Source of the DNA: an uncultured Candidatus Saccharibacteria bacterium
GTDB lineage: Bacteria > Patescibacteriota > Minisyncoccia > Phycocordibacterales > GWA1-40-21
Assembly (NCBI GenBank): GCA_964416925.1
Contig: CAYQFQ010000001.1
Coordinates: 1 to 46,549 of the forward strand
Length of the DNA: 46,549 bases
Direction: 5' to 3'
This document shows, one piece after another, positions 34,341 through 44,265 of this stretch (the stretch's first letter is position 1; each line of letters begins with the position of its first letter). The position numbers and the translations under genes are program-made. The notes beneath the pieces are model-generated. The model saw nothing but the letters and a program-made list of their open reading frames with translations, was not told the origin of the DNA and searched no databases.

Positions 34341-34711
34341 GCTCTAACGCAGTTTGATACATCAGAAATTATCTGCTCAAGCTTGAAATCTGATTTTGTG
34401 AAGAATCTCTTAATCCCAAGAGATAAATATGATTTCACTTTATCTAGTGTCGCTGTGTTTGATACTACAAAGATCGGTATATTTTTCCACAAATCATTGG
34501 TTTTTAATTTCAATACTAAATCTAAACCGTTTTCTTTTCCCAAAAGATAATGGTCAAGCCAAATAGCATCTATTGGTTCTTTTGACAAAATATCCACCGC
34601 CCCACCCACAGACTTAGCACTAAAAGTAGAGAAGTTATTTTTCTTTAATTTACTTATTATCGCCTCAGATAGTGACCTCTCATCTTCTACTACCAAAACT
34701 TTTTTGTCCAT
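34337..34711 (-). CDS. stand-alone response regulator receiver domain
   Basis: KKVLVVEDE...D...K pattern. Start set at MDKKVLVVEDE. Confidence 0.75.
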   Translation of the reverse strand: MDKKVLVVEDERSLSEAIISKLKKNNFSTFSAKSVGGAVDILSKEPIDAIWLDHYLLGKENGLDLVLKLKTNDLWKNIPIFVVSNTATLDKVKSYLSLGIKRFFTKSDFKLEQIISDVSNCVRA

Positions 34712-34745
34712 ATAAGTTTTTATTAAATAATCTATTAAAATAAAT

Positions 34746-37109
34746 CTAGACCAACGGCTTGGCACCAACCTTCTTCTTCATACCCTCAAAAGGTATAAGT
34801 GCAAAGAAAGTTGTACCCCTGTTTTCCTCAGACTCAAACCATATCTTTCCATTAGCACCTTCTATTATAGACCTAACAATATATAGTCCAAGCCCTGTAC
34901 CCTCTGATTCATATTCAGTCGCATTATCGGCTCGGAACAACTTTGTGAACATTTTATCTTTATCTTTTGCAGGAATCCCAAGTCCATTGTCTTTAACCGT
35001 TATCATAATACCTTTGTCCGAAGTAAACCCTACAACCTTATCAGTATGGGTCTTAATAGATATTTCTACGATTCCTTCATCGTGCGTATATTTGACAGCA
35101 TTGGATATCAAATTTTGAAATACTATGTGAATTAGTTTAGGGTCTAGATTTATTTTAGGTAATGCTTCTAAGTCTTCTTTTATTTTAATATTTTTCTTTG
35201 AAATTTTTTCTTGTAGTTCACTCAAAACATTTTTTACAACGTCCTTCAAATCCACAGGCTCAGGTTCTACAGTGAAAGTGCCAAGGTCGATCTTAGAAAC
35301 ATTAAGGAGAGAATTGACCAACTCAACCATTCTTTTGTTAGCTGAATATATTTCATCCAAATACTTCTTTTGATCCTCTGTGATGTGTCCTACATCGCCA
35401 TCTAGGATCATTTCGGCGTACCAATTGATAGTAGATAGTGGAGTGCGCAATTGATGGGAGGCTAGAGATACAAATTCTGACTTAGCTTTATCAACCTGTC
35501 TTTCTTTGGTTATATCTATGGCCATTGCAGAAATACCAACGATTGTACCATTTAAGTTTATTATGGGTGATAGGGACAAAGATACATCAACAATTGAACC
35601 ATCCTTTTTAAGTCTCTGTGTAAGATAATGTTCTATTCTATCGCCAGAAATTATTCTTTTAATAAGTTGATTCAATTCATCAATTTTGTCTTTTGGTACA
35701 ATAATGTCAACCGGTTTATTAATCATTTCTTCAGCCTTATAACCATACAATTTTTCAGCACCTTTATTCCAACTTGTTATCTTACCATTTAAATCTTTAC
35801 CCAAAATTGCTTGGTCTGAATTTTCCACTATTGAAGCCAATCCCTCAGCTTTTACTTTCTCTTCCTTAATATCCTCGAGGATATTCAAAACCGCGGATCT
35901 TTGTTTTTCTAGTTCTTTACTTTTATTTATTATATCTCCTGTCTGGTCTGATACTTTTTTATCAATTTCAGCTCTAGATTCTGCTACCACATCAGCCATT
36001 TTATTGAAAGACTGCCCCAATTCTCCAACCTCGTCTTTACTTTCAATTTTTATTCTATATTCTTTATCACCATTTATATATTTCTTCGTTGCTTCAACAA
36101 ATGAAAAAATTGACTTAATTATCTTATTAATTGACAGAATAATTATTAAAATAAAGATAATTAAAGAAATAACAATATAGATCCAAAAATATGCAAGGAG
36201 CGTATATTCATCCTTTAAGGCGTCTGTTTTATCAACTTTCGTAATAAGACACCACTGCGTGTCTGGTAGATAAGTATGTGTCGAAATAACATCTACACCC
36301 CGATAATCTTTATTTTCAACCGCATCTGTATGACCAGAAACATTTTTTAATCCACTATATCCATTTTTAACAATATATTCTACTTCATTTATATCATAAC
36401 AAGCTCTAGCATTTTCTGTGTCGATCTTAGTATTTAATATCTTTGTCTCATCCAAAAATTTTACTGACGACAAAAGAACAAGGTCCTTACGAATTATAAA
36501 ATTTTCTTCCGTTTCTCCAAGACCATTTTCATTAATGATGATTGGGTATAAACTTTTAGGCGAATATCTTAAAACCGAAACCCCAAGAAAGGTTCCATCA
36601 TTGTCTTTCACAGGAGACGAGAAAGTAAAATTTAATTCTTTTGTTGTTGAAGAATAATAAATATCTTTAAAATAAACTTTTTCCTTTGAATTTAAAAAAT
36701 ATTCGTCCTGCGATTTGTCCTTGCCCACCTGGGACGTGTCAGACGAAGAAACTATCTTCCCTTTTTTATCTAGGATAAAAGTTTCAATAATATCAGTGTC
36801 TGCATCAAGAGTTCTTAATAATCTTGCATCTACTTTTTGTTTGATTCCTTTATATGGAAGGCTTGTTTCTGGTTCCTTCAAAAAATCACGATAAACTGAC
36901 GTAGCAGCTAAAATATCAGAAGTTATCCTTTTCTCTTTCAAAAAGGTAATTATGTGCTCAGCCCTGGCCCTTCCGCTTGAATACAGATAAGAATAAATCG
37001 TTCTCTTTGTATCTTTTAAGGAGTTATACTCAACCAAAAAACCCAAAACTGAAAAACAGATGACTGCCCCAACAATAAAAGTCAGATTAATTTTAGTTCT
37101 TATTTTCAT
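34746..37109 (-). CDS. sensor histidine kinase (extracytoplasmic sensor, HAMP, PAS, HisKA, HATPase_c)
   Basis: H-box FVSLASHQLRTP, N/G boxes (NLISNAVKYT, DNGLGI, GTGLGL), and a PAS segment with coiled coil. Confidence 0.85.
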   Translation of the reverse strand: MKIRTKINLTFIVGAVICFSVLGFLVEYNSLKDTKRTIYSYLYSSGRARAEHIITFLKEKRITSDILAATSVYRDFLKEPETSLPYKGIKQKVDARLLRTLDADTDIIETFILDKKGKIVSSSDTSQVGKDKSQDEYFLNSKEKVYFKDIYYSSTTKELNFTFSSPVKDNDGTFLGVSVLRYSPKSLYPIIINENGLGETEENFIIRKDLVLLSSVKFLDETKILNTKIDTENARACYDINEVEYIVKNGYSGLKNVSGHTDAVENKDYRGVDVISTHTYLPDTQWCLITKVDKTDALKDEYTLLAYFWIYIVISLIIFILIIILSINKIIKSIFSFVEATKKYINGDKEYRIKIESKDEVGELGQSFNKMADVVAESRAEIDKKVSDQTGDIINKSKELEKQRSAVLNILEDIKEEKVKAEGLASIVENSDQAILGKDLNGKITSWNKGAEKLYGYKAEEMINKPVDIIVPKDKIDELNQLIKRIISGDRIEHYLTQRLKKDGSIVDVSLSLSPIINLNGTIVGISAMAIDITKERQVDKAKSEFVSLASHQLRTPLSTINWYAEMILDGDVGHITEDQKKYLDEIYSANKRMVELVNSLLNVSKIDLGTFTVEPEPVDLKDVVKNVLSELQEKISKKNIKIKEDLEALPKINLDPKLIHIVFQNLISNAVKYTHDEGIVEISIKTHTDKVVGFTSDKGIMITVKDNGLGIPAKDKDKMFTKLFRADNATEYESEGTGLGLYIVRSIIEGANGKIWFESEENRGTTFFALIPFEGMKKKVGAKPLV

Positions 37110-38622
37110 TTTGGTTATTCTTATACCTTAACAATTCACCCTTTAGTTCAACCATCTTAAGTTCCCTATCCGACATAAAATTTATTAAACGCTCGGATTC
37201 TTTAACTTTTTCCCGGATTAATTCTTCTTTATTTTTACTTTCAGTAATATCACGTACTATTACTTGTAATAAGTTTGAATTATTAACTAAACGACTCAAA
37301 GAAACGAGAGCTAAAAATTCTTGACCATTTAGTTTTTTGTGTGTCCATTCAAACTGATTGAAACCTTTTCCCATAGCCAAATCAATCATTTCTTTGGCTT
37401 TATCCTTTGATAGTCTGCCATCAGGCTGATACTGCGGTGATAAATCAGACGGATTCAAATGACTTAGATCCTCTGGTCCACTTAAACCAAATAGTTTTAC
37501 TGAAGCTAAATTACCATCAGAAAAACGTCCGTCTACTGAACTTAACATCAAAATAGCATCCAAAGAATTATTAAATAAATCTTTATATTTTTTCTCCACA
37601 CTAAAACTTTTTCGAGACAATAATACCGAAATCAATAAAGTAAACAGTAATAAACCAAGCACAACTAGCTCAATTTTTTCTATATAACCATTTACCGAAG
37701 CAATATCAGAAGATAAATCATAGTCTAACAAAACTACTCCAACAGCTTTATCCGATGCATCTAATAGAGTAAAGCCAGAACAGGCCCTCGCTGTTTCTAG
37801 ATTTATAATTGAATTGTACTCTAATTCAGAAAGAAATATTTTTTTTGCATTCTGCTCATTAAAACAAGAAACATATTTATTAGCCTTGTCATTTTCTATG
37901 TTGACCGTACTATTTGTCAAAATCATATCGGAAAAATCATTCCAATTATCGGCTTTTCCAGAATTTTTTCTCGTAGCCTCCCAATCTACAGGATTTAGCT
38001 TTTCTTTATCTACAAAAATTGAGAATTCGTTATTCGTTTCCTGTTTTAAAATACTTAAAAAGTGGTCAATTTCTTGTCCAAGTTCAATATACCCAATTAA
38101 TTTGTTGTTATCATAATATGGCTTTACCACTCTTAAAGCAAAGGCTGTTTTACCTAATTCGATACCAGAACCAACACTCTTTGATTCTACAGCCTGTCTA
38201 AAGGTGACTCTGTTATTCAAATCCCCTTTTACTGCCTGATTGTGTAAACGAAGAAAAATAGTCCCATCTGGCAACATAAAATAAAAATGTGTAATTCCAT
38301 ATCCAGTTTTTAATTTCTGAAACAAAGCCTCTCCGTATTGATATAATGCATTAGAATCTTTCTTTAAAAAAACTTCTTTAAAACCTGGATCTTGTAAAAT
38401 ACTATCTAATGTAGCAGACAAGGCCTTGGTATCCTGTGACTCAAATGTTTTAAAATAACTACTGGAAAAAACTGTAACATCTTCTACTCTTTCTTTGAGT
38501 AATATCAACTCATTCGATTTACCCGCATAATAGACAAAAACAAACAAGGCAACTAATATAGCTATGAGAGCATATATAAATAATGATTTTTTTTTCATAT
38601 AAAAAAACAGATCCCTACTCAA
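37093..38622 (-). CDS. membrane sensor protein (Cache-like extracytoplasmic domain plus PAS) lacking a transmitter domain
   Basis: Two TM segments flank a domain of about 290 aa. Cytoplasmic PAS-like region and coiled coil. No H-box or ATPase. 17-nt overlap with the kinase gene. Confidence 0.6.
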   Translation of the reverse strand: MSRDLFFYMKKKSLFIYALIAILVALFVFVYYAGKSNELILLKERVEDVTVFSSSYFKTFESQDTKALSATLDSILQDPGFKEVFLKKDSNALYQYGEALFQKLKTGYGITHFYFMLPDGTIFLRLHNQAVKGDLNNRVTFRQAVESKSVGSGIELGKTAFALRVVKPYYDNNKLIGYIELGQEIDHFLSILKQETNNEFSIFVDKEKLNPVDWEATRKNSGKADNWNDFSDMILTNSTVNIENDKANKYVSCFNEQNAKKIFLSELEYNSIINLETARACSGFTLLDASDKAVGVVLLDYDLSSDIASVNGYIEKIELVVLGLLLFTLLISVLLSRKSFSVEKKYKDLFNNSLDAILMLSSVDGRFSDGNLASVKLFGLSGPEDLSHLNPSDLSPQYQPDGRLSKDKAKEMIDLAMGKGFNQFEWTHKKLNGQEFLALVSLSRLVNNSNLLQVIVRDITESKNKEELIREKVKESERLINFMSDRELKMVELKGELLRYKNNQNENKN

Positions 38623-38682
38623 AAACTTTTAAAAATTAACCTGGGTTTAAACATTTTGTCTATAAAATCCCGACAAACAAAA

Positions 38683-39042
38683 TTACTTCAAAAAATCTTT
38701 TATCTTTTGGATTATCTCAACAATCGGAGTGTTTGATTTTATGAAATACTTATTTGCTCCAAGCTCTATGACCTTCTTCTCATCTTCTGCTTGCGATAAA
38801 TTCGAAGTAACAATAATTGGGGTCTTTATTCCCTTTGCTCTTACAGTTCTGATTATCTCAAAACCATCAAGTTTTGATAAGACAAGGTCTGTGACAATAA
38901 GGTCATATTGATTTTTATCAATGCTCTTTAGCGCCTCTACTCCATCATAGACATTTTCAACTTCAAAACCCTCCTTCACAAGTTTGAGTTGTAAAGCTCT
39001 TGCCATTGGTTTTTCATCCTCTGCAATCAAAATTTTCTTCAT
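38683..39042 (-). CDS. stand-alone response regulator receiver domain
   Basis: KILIAEDE...DLIVTD...K pattern. Confidence 0.8.
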   Translation of the reverse strand: MKKILIAEDEKPMARALQLKLVKEGFEVENVYDGVEALKSIDKNQYDLIVTDLVLSKLDGFEIIRTVRAKGIKTPIIVTSNLSQAEDEKKVIELGANKYFIKSNTPIVEIIQKIKDFLK

Positions 39043-39090
39043 CGTTGCTTTATTATATCATAACTTAATTACAAAAAACCACCACAATTA

Positions 39091-39474
39091 TCAAGGATTT
39101 TCCTGCCAACTTGAAATAACTATTGGATTAAAACTACTTGTTGTGACTTCTAACTTACGAGTAACGGAACCCACTGAACCTGTATTACTAATTGACCTGT
39201 TATCTCCCCCAGTATTAGTCACCGTATAATTACAACTATTTGTACCAATTGTAATACTATTACTACCTGTATACGAATTATTTTCTCTCATAGCTTCTAA
39301 GGCCACCTCGGCACAAGCCTCAACTAAAGATCTTGTCTGCTGAGAATTCTTAAGATTGATACCATTTTGAATGGACCAGAAACTTCCAGTAGATAGCCAT
39401 AAAGAAAGACTGAGTACTATACTCCCTATTATTATTACTATATATAATGTTCCAAATCCTTTTTGTTTTTGCAT
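39091..39474 (-). CDS. PilX-like minor pilin / pilus assembly protein
   Basis: N-terminal hydrophobic helix KGFGTLYIVIIIGSIV (no Glu5). Lies in the pilin gene string. Confidence 0.5.
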   Translation of the reverse strand: MQKQKGFGTLYIVIIIGSIVLSLSLWLSTGSFWSIQNGINLKNSQQTRSLVEACAEVALEAMRENNSYTGSNSITIGTNSCNYTVTNTGGDNRSISNTGSVGSVTRKLEVTTSSFNPIVISSWQENP

Positions 39475-39478
39475 TTGA

Positions 39479-39988
39479 TTATCTTCTTATTCCCCCACTA
39501 CCATAAAAACTATTCGTATATCTATCATTTGAGCTTGTAGCCATGTTTCCTACTGTATAACTAAACTTAATAACACCAGGAGTTACAGGTTGTGAATAAT
39601 TTTCAAAAACTAAGTTACTAACCAAAACTTTGTTGTTTGTAAGTTGAACGGTGTCTTGAGATCCTTCAGTAATGTATAAAGTTCCAGCACCACCCAAAGA
39701 GAAGACTGTCGGATTAATCGTACTAGATGCCATCTCTAGACTCAAAATTGTCGAGGTTGATGAAATCGTCGGACTATTGATTGCCGTAGCATTGTGAATT
39801 GTTGAGGTTATCAATCTTGATATCCTTGAACCCTGATCGTTTACTTCAAGAATTAATTGGCTGTGTTTCTTTGAGGCCTGCATTGTTCCAACAAAAGAAG
39901 CAAGTGCTGTCACAAGAATACTAAAAATAAAGATATATATTATTGTCTCTATTAGGGTGAATCCTTTAGTTTTTTGTAATTTTTCCAT
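39479..39988 (-). CDS. prepilin-type N-terminal cleavage/methylation domain protein
   Basis: KGFTLIETIIYIFIF class III signal. Confidence 0.8.
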   Translation of the reverse strand: MEKLQKTKGFTLIETIIYIFIFSILVTALASFVGTMQASKKHSQLILEVNDQGSRISRLITSTIHNATAINSPTISSTSTILSLEMASSTINPTVFSLGGAGTLYITEGSQDTVQLTNNKVLVSNLVFENYSQPVTPGVIKFSYTVGNMATSSNDRYTNSFYGSGGIRR

Positions 39989-39989
39989 T

Positions 39990-42710
39990 TTATTGCGATT
40001 TTATTTCAAGCACACGGGTCATCCATCCACCGCTTGTTCCACCGACAACCACATTTCGCGCGCTCCACGAGGAAACACCACCATTAGTATCATGACCAGC
40101 AACTTCTGCTGTTGCATCAACTCGAGTTGTTCGTTGTATCATGCCTGTTGGAGGATTTTGAAGATTTGTATTAGTATTTCTGTGCCCAGCAAAACCTATC
40201 ACCCAGGAAGTTCCGTTAGTAACACCAAGAGTAAGCGCGGGGTAAGTAACCGTGGTGCCGGAGCTAGATTGAACACCGTTTACACCAATAGGACTTGCGG
40301 ATTGCCCACGATATACATGAGTAACAATTTCACTTGCTCCTGTCCAACCATTACTTGAATCTGCACCTGTTGCTATCCTATAAGCAAGAGTGCTTCCATT
40401 GGCATTGCCCCCACCAGACGAACTAATAACTGTCCAACCAGAAGGAGTTGTTGGACCAGTGGCATTTCCATCTCTGTAAGCAAAAGTTATAAGCAGATCT
40501 CCAACGTTATGGGCTGGAATAGTAGCATTAACTCCTTGAACAGCAGAGGATGCCACAAAGGTAATTGTGCTACATGCTGACGTAGTAAATGTAACATCTG
40601 ATCCATAACTAGTTCCAACAGAATTTGTGGCATAAGCACGAACATGATAAAGGGTATTACAGGTTAGTGCTGTAATACTGCTTGTAAATGATCCGGTACC
40701 CGTTCCATCTGAAGTCTTTGTTGGAAGAGCAATTGTTGGATTGATTGATGTACTCCAAACAATACCTCTTGATGTAACTGACGCCCCGCCATCTGAAGTA
40801 ACATTACCTCCACCAGTTGCTGTCGTTCTGGTAATACTTGTAATCGGACTAGCGGTTGTAACTGAAGGAAGAACCGGTGTTACAGAGCATGAGGTATTTG
40901 TATATGTTCCTGACATCGTCCCCGCTGTACACGTTCTTGTCTCTGGAGTACATGAGCTTGGATAAGTAACTGAAGATGAAAGATACGCGGTATTGAAGTA
41001 TCCACTTATTACACTCCCCCAAGGAGTTCCGGTACATCCAGCTGTACAAGTTGTTGCTGTATAGCTTCCTGACAAAGTTCCATTTGTACATGTCCTCAAT
41101 TCAGAGATACATGCACCGGACGGAGATGATGACGCATATGCTGTGTTGGAAGTTCCGCTTGTCATTGTGCCCCAAGGAGTTCCAGTACAGCTAGCCGGTA
41201 ATGTTGTAAATGTTCCATCGGCAGAGTATCCCGTCCCGGTACTATTTGTTGCATAACCTCGATAATAATATGTGGTACTTGCTGTTAGACCTGTTCTAGT
41301 CTGAGTAAATAATCCCGTGGTCGTAGCTCCTTCAGCGACACAATTTGTTGTTGGTGCTGGTGTAGCTCCGTAACATGTTCCACGTGCCGTTATAGAAGCT
41401 GGAGTTCCAAGAGATGAAACTGTGGCTCCGAGAATAGCACTCGATGTTGAAACAGAAGTAGAAGTTGGAAGTGTTACTGTTGGAACAACATAAACAATAT
41501 TTTCCTCGTTTGTTATGGAACAAGTTTTAGAACTTCCAGATGTTAAGGTGACCACACCAGAAGAATTACAGTCCCCAGCAAATGTTGTTGTATGTGTAGA
41601 AGAAGTTGCTTCTGTTACGGTATATGTTCCAGAATCAAAAACAGTGGAAGCACCAAGAGTAACTGTTGTGGCGCCCACTTTGTATGGAGCAAAATCAGAA
41701 GATGTTTTTGTTCCACCGTGATTGATAACTGTTTTATTTACAGTTAGATATGCAAGCTTTTCTTCGTTTATGATACTACAATTTTTTGTTTGATTTGGAA
41801 CAAGAGTGACCGCTCCACCAGAACTACAATTACCACCAATGGTGGCTGTATAATCAGCATTAGAACTTTCAGATACTGTGTGTGTACCAGAATCAAAAGT
41901 ATTTAAGTCACCCGAAATAACAGGAACAGCATCAACATAAAGAGTGAAATCTCCAGCAGTTTTATTTTGTCCATGATTAACGACTGTCTTGTTTACAATA
42001 ATTTTAGCTGGTTTTTCTTCGTTTGTTATTAAACAAATTTTAGCATCACCGGGAACAAGTGTTATAACTCCAGAAGAATCGCAGTCACCTGTAAATGACT
42101 CTGTGTAATCTGAAGAAAATGTCTCTGAAACAGTATAAGTGCCTGGTGAAAAAGATGTTGAAGAAGCTAAAGTTATTGTGGTAGTACCAACAGTAAATGG
42201 TGCAAAATCAGAAATAACTTTTGATCCACCGTGATTGATCACAGATTTTGTAACAGTTAAACCTGCTGGTGGTGTGATCTTTTTCCAGTGAGTTAGATAC
42301 GTACTCGCAGTCACAGAATTTGAATTCGAAATCATGTCGGGCCATGTAACTAAAACATCTATCTTTTTCTGGTTTGTATTTATCGTTGAGATGGTGAGCT
42401 GTCGAGTAAAAACACCTGAATTGTCAGATGAACCAGAAAGAACCCATTGCCCAGTAGAAGTTGAAAGACCATATGTGCCATCTATAAGATTACTAAAATT
42501 ATTATCTCTAATATTTCTAGAAACCTCTACAGCTTCACCTACTAAAATACTCGCACGTTCAATATTTGAAGCGTGAACCATCTGCCTATTTACACCTACC
42601 GTTGTGTTCATTATTGCAGATACAAATACCAAAAAAATCGAAATCGAGATCAAAAGCTCGACAAGAGAAAATGCTTTTAATTTATTAATAAATAATTGTT
42701 CCCTTTTCAT
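39990..42710 (-). CDS. 906-aa pilin-like protein with a modular repeat-rich extracellular region
   Basis: KAFSLVELLISISIF N-terminus. Three repeats of about 80 aa (VINHGG..DFAP..GTYTVSE..GDC.SSGV.TL..), two FN3-like segments, two Cys-rich CTGTPWG..RTCT.GT.SG.YT repeats, and a C-terminal domain of about 200 aa. Confidence 0.8.
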   Translation of the reverse strand: MKREQLFINKLKAFSLVELLISISIFLVFVSAIMNTTVGVNRQMVHASNIERASILVGEAVEVSRNIRDNNFSNLIDGTYGLSTSTGQWVLSGSSDNSGVFTRQLTISTINTNQKKIDVLVTWPDMISNSNSVTASTYLTHWKKITPPAGLTVTKSVINHGGSKVISDFAPFTVGTTTITLASSTSFSPGTYTVSETFSSDYTESFTGDCDSSGVITLVPGDAKICLITNEEKPAKIIVNKTVVNHGQNKTAGDFTLYVDAVPVISGDLNTFDSGTHTVSESSNADYTATIGGNCSSGGAVTLVPNQTKNCSIINEEKLAYLTVNKTVINHGGTKTSSDFAPYKVGATTVTLGASTVFDSGTYTVTEATSSTHTTTFAGDCNSSGVVTLTSGSSKTCSITNEENIVYVVPTVTLPTSTSVSTSSAILGATVSSLGTPASITARGTCYGATPAPTTNCVAEGATTTGLFTQTRTGLTASTTYYYRGYATNSTGTGYSADGTFTTLPASCTGTPWGTMTSGTSNTAYASSSPSGACISELRTCTNGTLSGSYTATTCTAGCTGTPWGSVISGYFNTAYLSSSVTYPSSCTPETRTCTAGTMSGTYTNTSCSVTPVLPSVTTASPITSITRTTATGGGNVTSDGGASVTSRGIVWSTSINPTIALPTKTSDGTGTGSFTSSITALTCNTLYHVRAYATNSVGTSYGSDVTFTTSACSTITFVASSAVQGVNATIPAHNVGDLLITFAYRDGNATGPTTPSGWTVISSSGGGNANGSTLAYRIATGADSSNGWTGASEIVTHVYRGQSASPIGVNGVQSSSGTTVTYPALTLGVTNGTSWVIGFAGHRNTNTNLQNPPTGMIQRTTRVDATAEVAGHDTNGGVSSWSARNVVVGGTSGGWMTRVLEIKSQ

Positions 42711-43143
42711 TTATAAAAATATTTCTTACTTCACCATTATTGTTGGTTATGGTTGTTGTACCGGTACTTAATGCAGAACCCGTTGTTTTTTCAAAAACGA
42801 CTTCAGCAAGCCCACCAACAACAATTCCACTGGGGAAACCCACTATTTGATCAGAAGAAGTAGTTCGTGAAAGATAATTTACTCCTTTAAATACTACCGC
42901 TCTATCTGAAAAGATTGCTGTGCCCCATACAGAATCACCTTGCACCTGTTCTGAATTTGTCTGGGCATGTCTAAGTGCTTGTACATAACCACTGACAGAG
43001 ATGTCTAAGCTATTTCTAGAGCGAAAGTTGGTATATACAGAATCTCCAACAACTATCAACAATATTAAAATACCAATTACAACAATTAATTCCACGAGGG
43101 AAAATCCCTTTATGTTTTTTTTAGAACTGACTAGATAAACCAT
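42685..43143 (-). CDS. prepilin-type N-terminal cleavage/methylation domain protein
   Basis: KGFSLVELIVVIGILILL. Start set at MVYLVSS, which gives an overlap with pilC. Confidence 0.75.
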   Translation of the reverse strand: MVYLVSSKKNIKGFSLVELIVVIGILILLIVVGDSVYTNFRSRNSLDISVSGYVQALRHAQTNSEQVQGDSVWGTAIFSDRAVVFKGVNYLSRTTSSDQIVGFPSGIVVGGLAEVVFEKTTGSALSTGTTTITNNNGEVRNIFINEKGTIIY

Positions 43144-44254
43144 AGATTGGTCCAATAATTCCTGAAACAACTAGTCCAACAATCAAACCAACAATAAGTA
43201 ATACAATTGGTTCAAGAATGGAGGAGAGATCTTGTGACATCGCTTCTGTTTTTTCTTCAAAAATAATTCCTATTTTCATTAATGTTTCCGGCAATCTTCC
43301 GGACTTTTCTGCAGAAACAATAAGCTGCTGAATCGGTAGAGGAATCAAATTATCCGATTTTGGAAAAGATGCGAGAGCTGACTTGAATGAATCTCCATGA
43401 AGGATACTTTTCTGTAGATGAGCGTAAAGTTTACGATACATATGGTGTTCTGTTCCATCCAAAAGTGAACTGAGTGCTTCATTTGCTTGAAAACCAGCTT
43501 GAAGTAAGGCTCCTAAAATATAACCAAAACGGCCAAGCTCTACCCCCTTAACCAAAGTATTAATACCAGGAATAATAAATAAAACCTTTTCACCAATAAA
43601 TTTTGTTTTTCTAAAAAAGAAGACGAAGAAAATCATCAGAAAGATAGCAACGATAATAGTCGGCACAGCAATGGCTCCAAAATCTCTGAGAAAATTACCA
43701 AACCAAAGTAAAACCTTAGTAGTAATAGGCAGTGCACCCTGGGACTCATTAAAAATTGAAACGAGATTAGGTAAGATAAACCATGCCCCACCTATAGCTA
43801 AGATAATAGCAAGAGACAGAACAATACCGGGATACAATAGAGCTGATCTAAGCTTAGATCGAAAAGCTTTTTCCTTATGTTGTTGAACAGTCACAAGATT
43901 TAAATGCTCTGGTAATCTACCGGACTCTTCTCCAGACCGTATAAGCGAAATTACCCTCTCAGGTAAAATTTGTGTCTCAGATAATGCCCTCCACAGTGGC
44001 ATTCCAGAGACGACCAAATTTTCAATGACAGTAATCATCTTTTTCATTTTCCACGATTTTACTGATGCGCTCAAAGTAGACAATGCATTTGAAATACCCA
44101 TCCCAGAAGCAATAAGCAAACTTAGATTTTCTACAAAATAATCTCTCTCGTCTCCAAAACCGATACTTAGATATGGCCAATCTGATCTATATTCAAAAAC
44201 CGGTGATTTAAATCCCTCTTTTTCGTAAGATTTTTTTAATTTTATATTATTCAT
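43121..44254 (-). CDS. pilC: type IV pilus platform protein (GspF/PilC family)
   Basis: Two T2SSF repeats and three TM segments. Confidence 0.85.
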   Translation of the reverse strand: MNNIKLKKSYEKEGFKSPVFEYRSDWPYLSIGFGDERDYFVENLSLLIASGMGISNALSTLSASVKSWKMKKMITVIENLVVSGMPLWRALSETQILPERVISLIRSGEESGRLPEHLNLVTVQQHKEKAFRSKLRSALLYPGIVLSLAIILAIGGAWFILPNLVSIFNESQGALPITTKVLLWFGNFLRDFGAIAVPTIIVAIFLMIFFVFFFRKTKFIGEKVLFIIPGINTLVKGVELGRFGYILGALLQAGFQANEALSSLLDGTEHHMYRKLYAHLQKSILHGDSFKSALASFPKSDNLIPLPIQQLIVSAEKSGRLPETLMKIGIIFEEKTEAMSQDLSSILEPIVLLIVGLIVGLVVSGIIGPIYGLSSQF

Positions 44255-44265
44255 TCTTGATTAGA

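Noticed and set aside
39990-42710. Diversity-generating retroelement target in the large pilin gene
   Set aside because: There is no reverse transcriptase gene and no template repeat matching the 3' end of the gene anywhere in the window.
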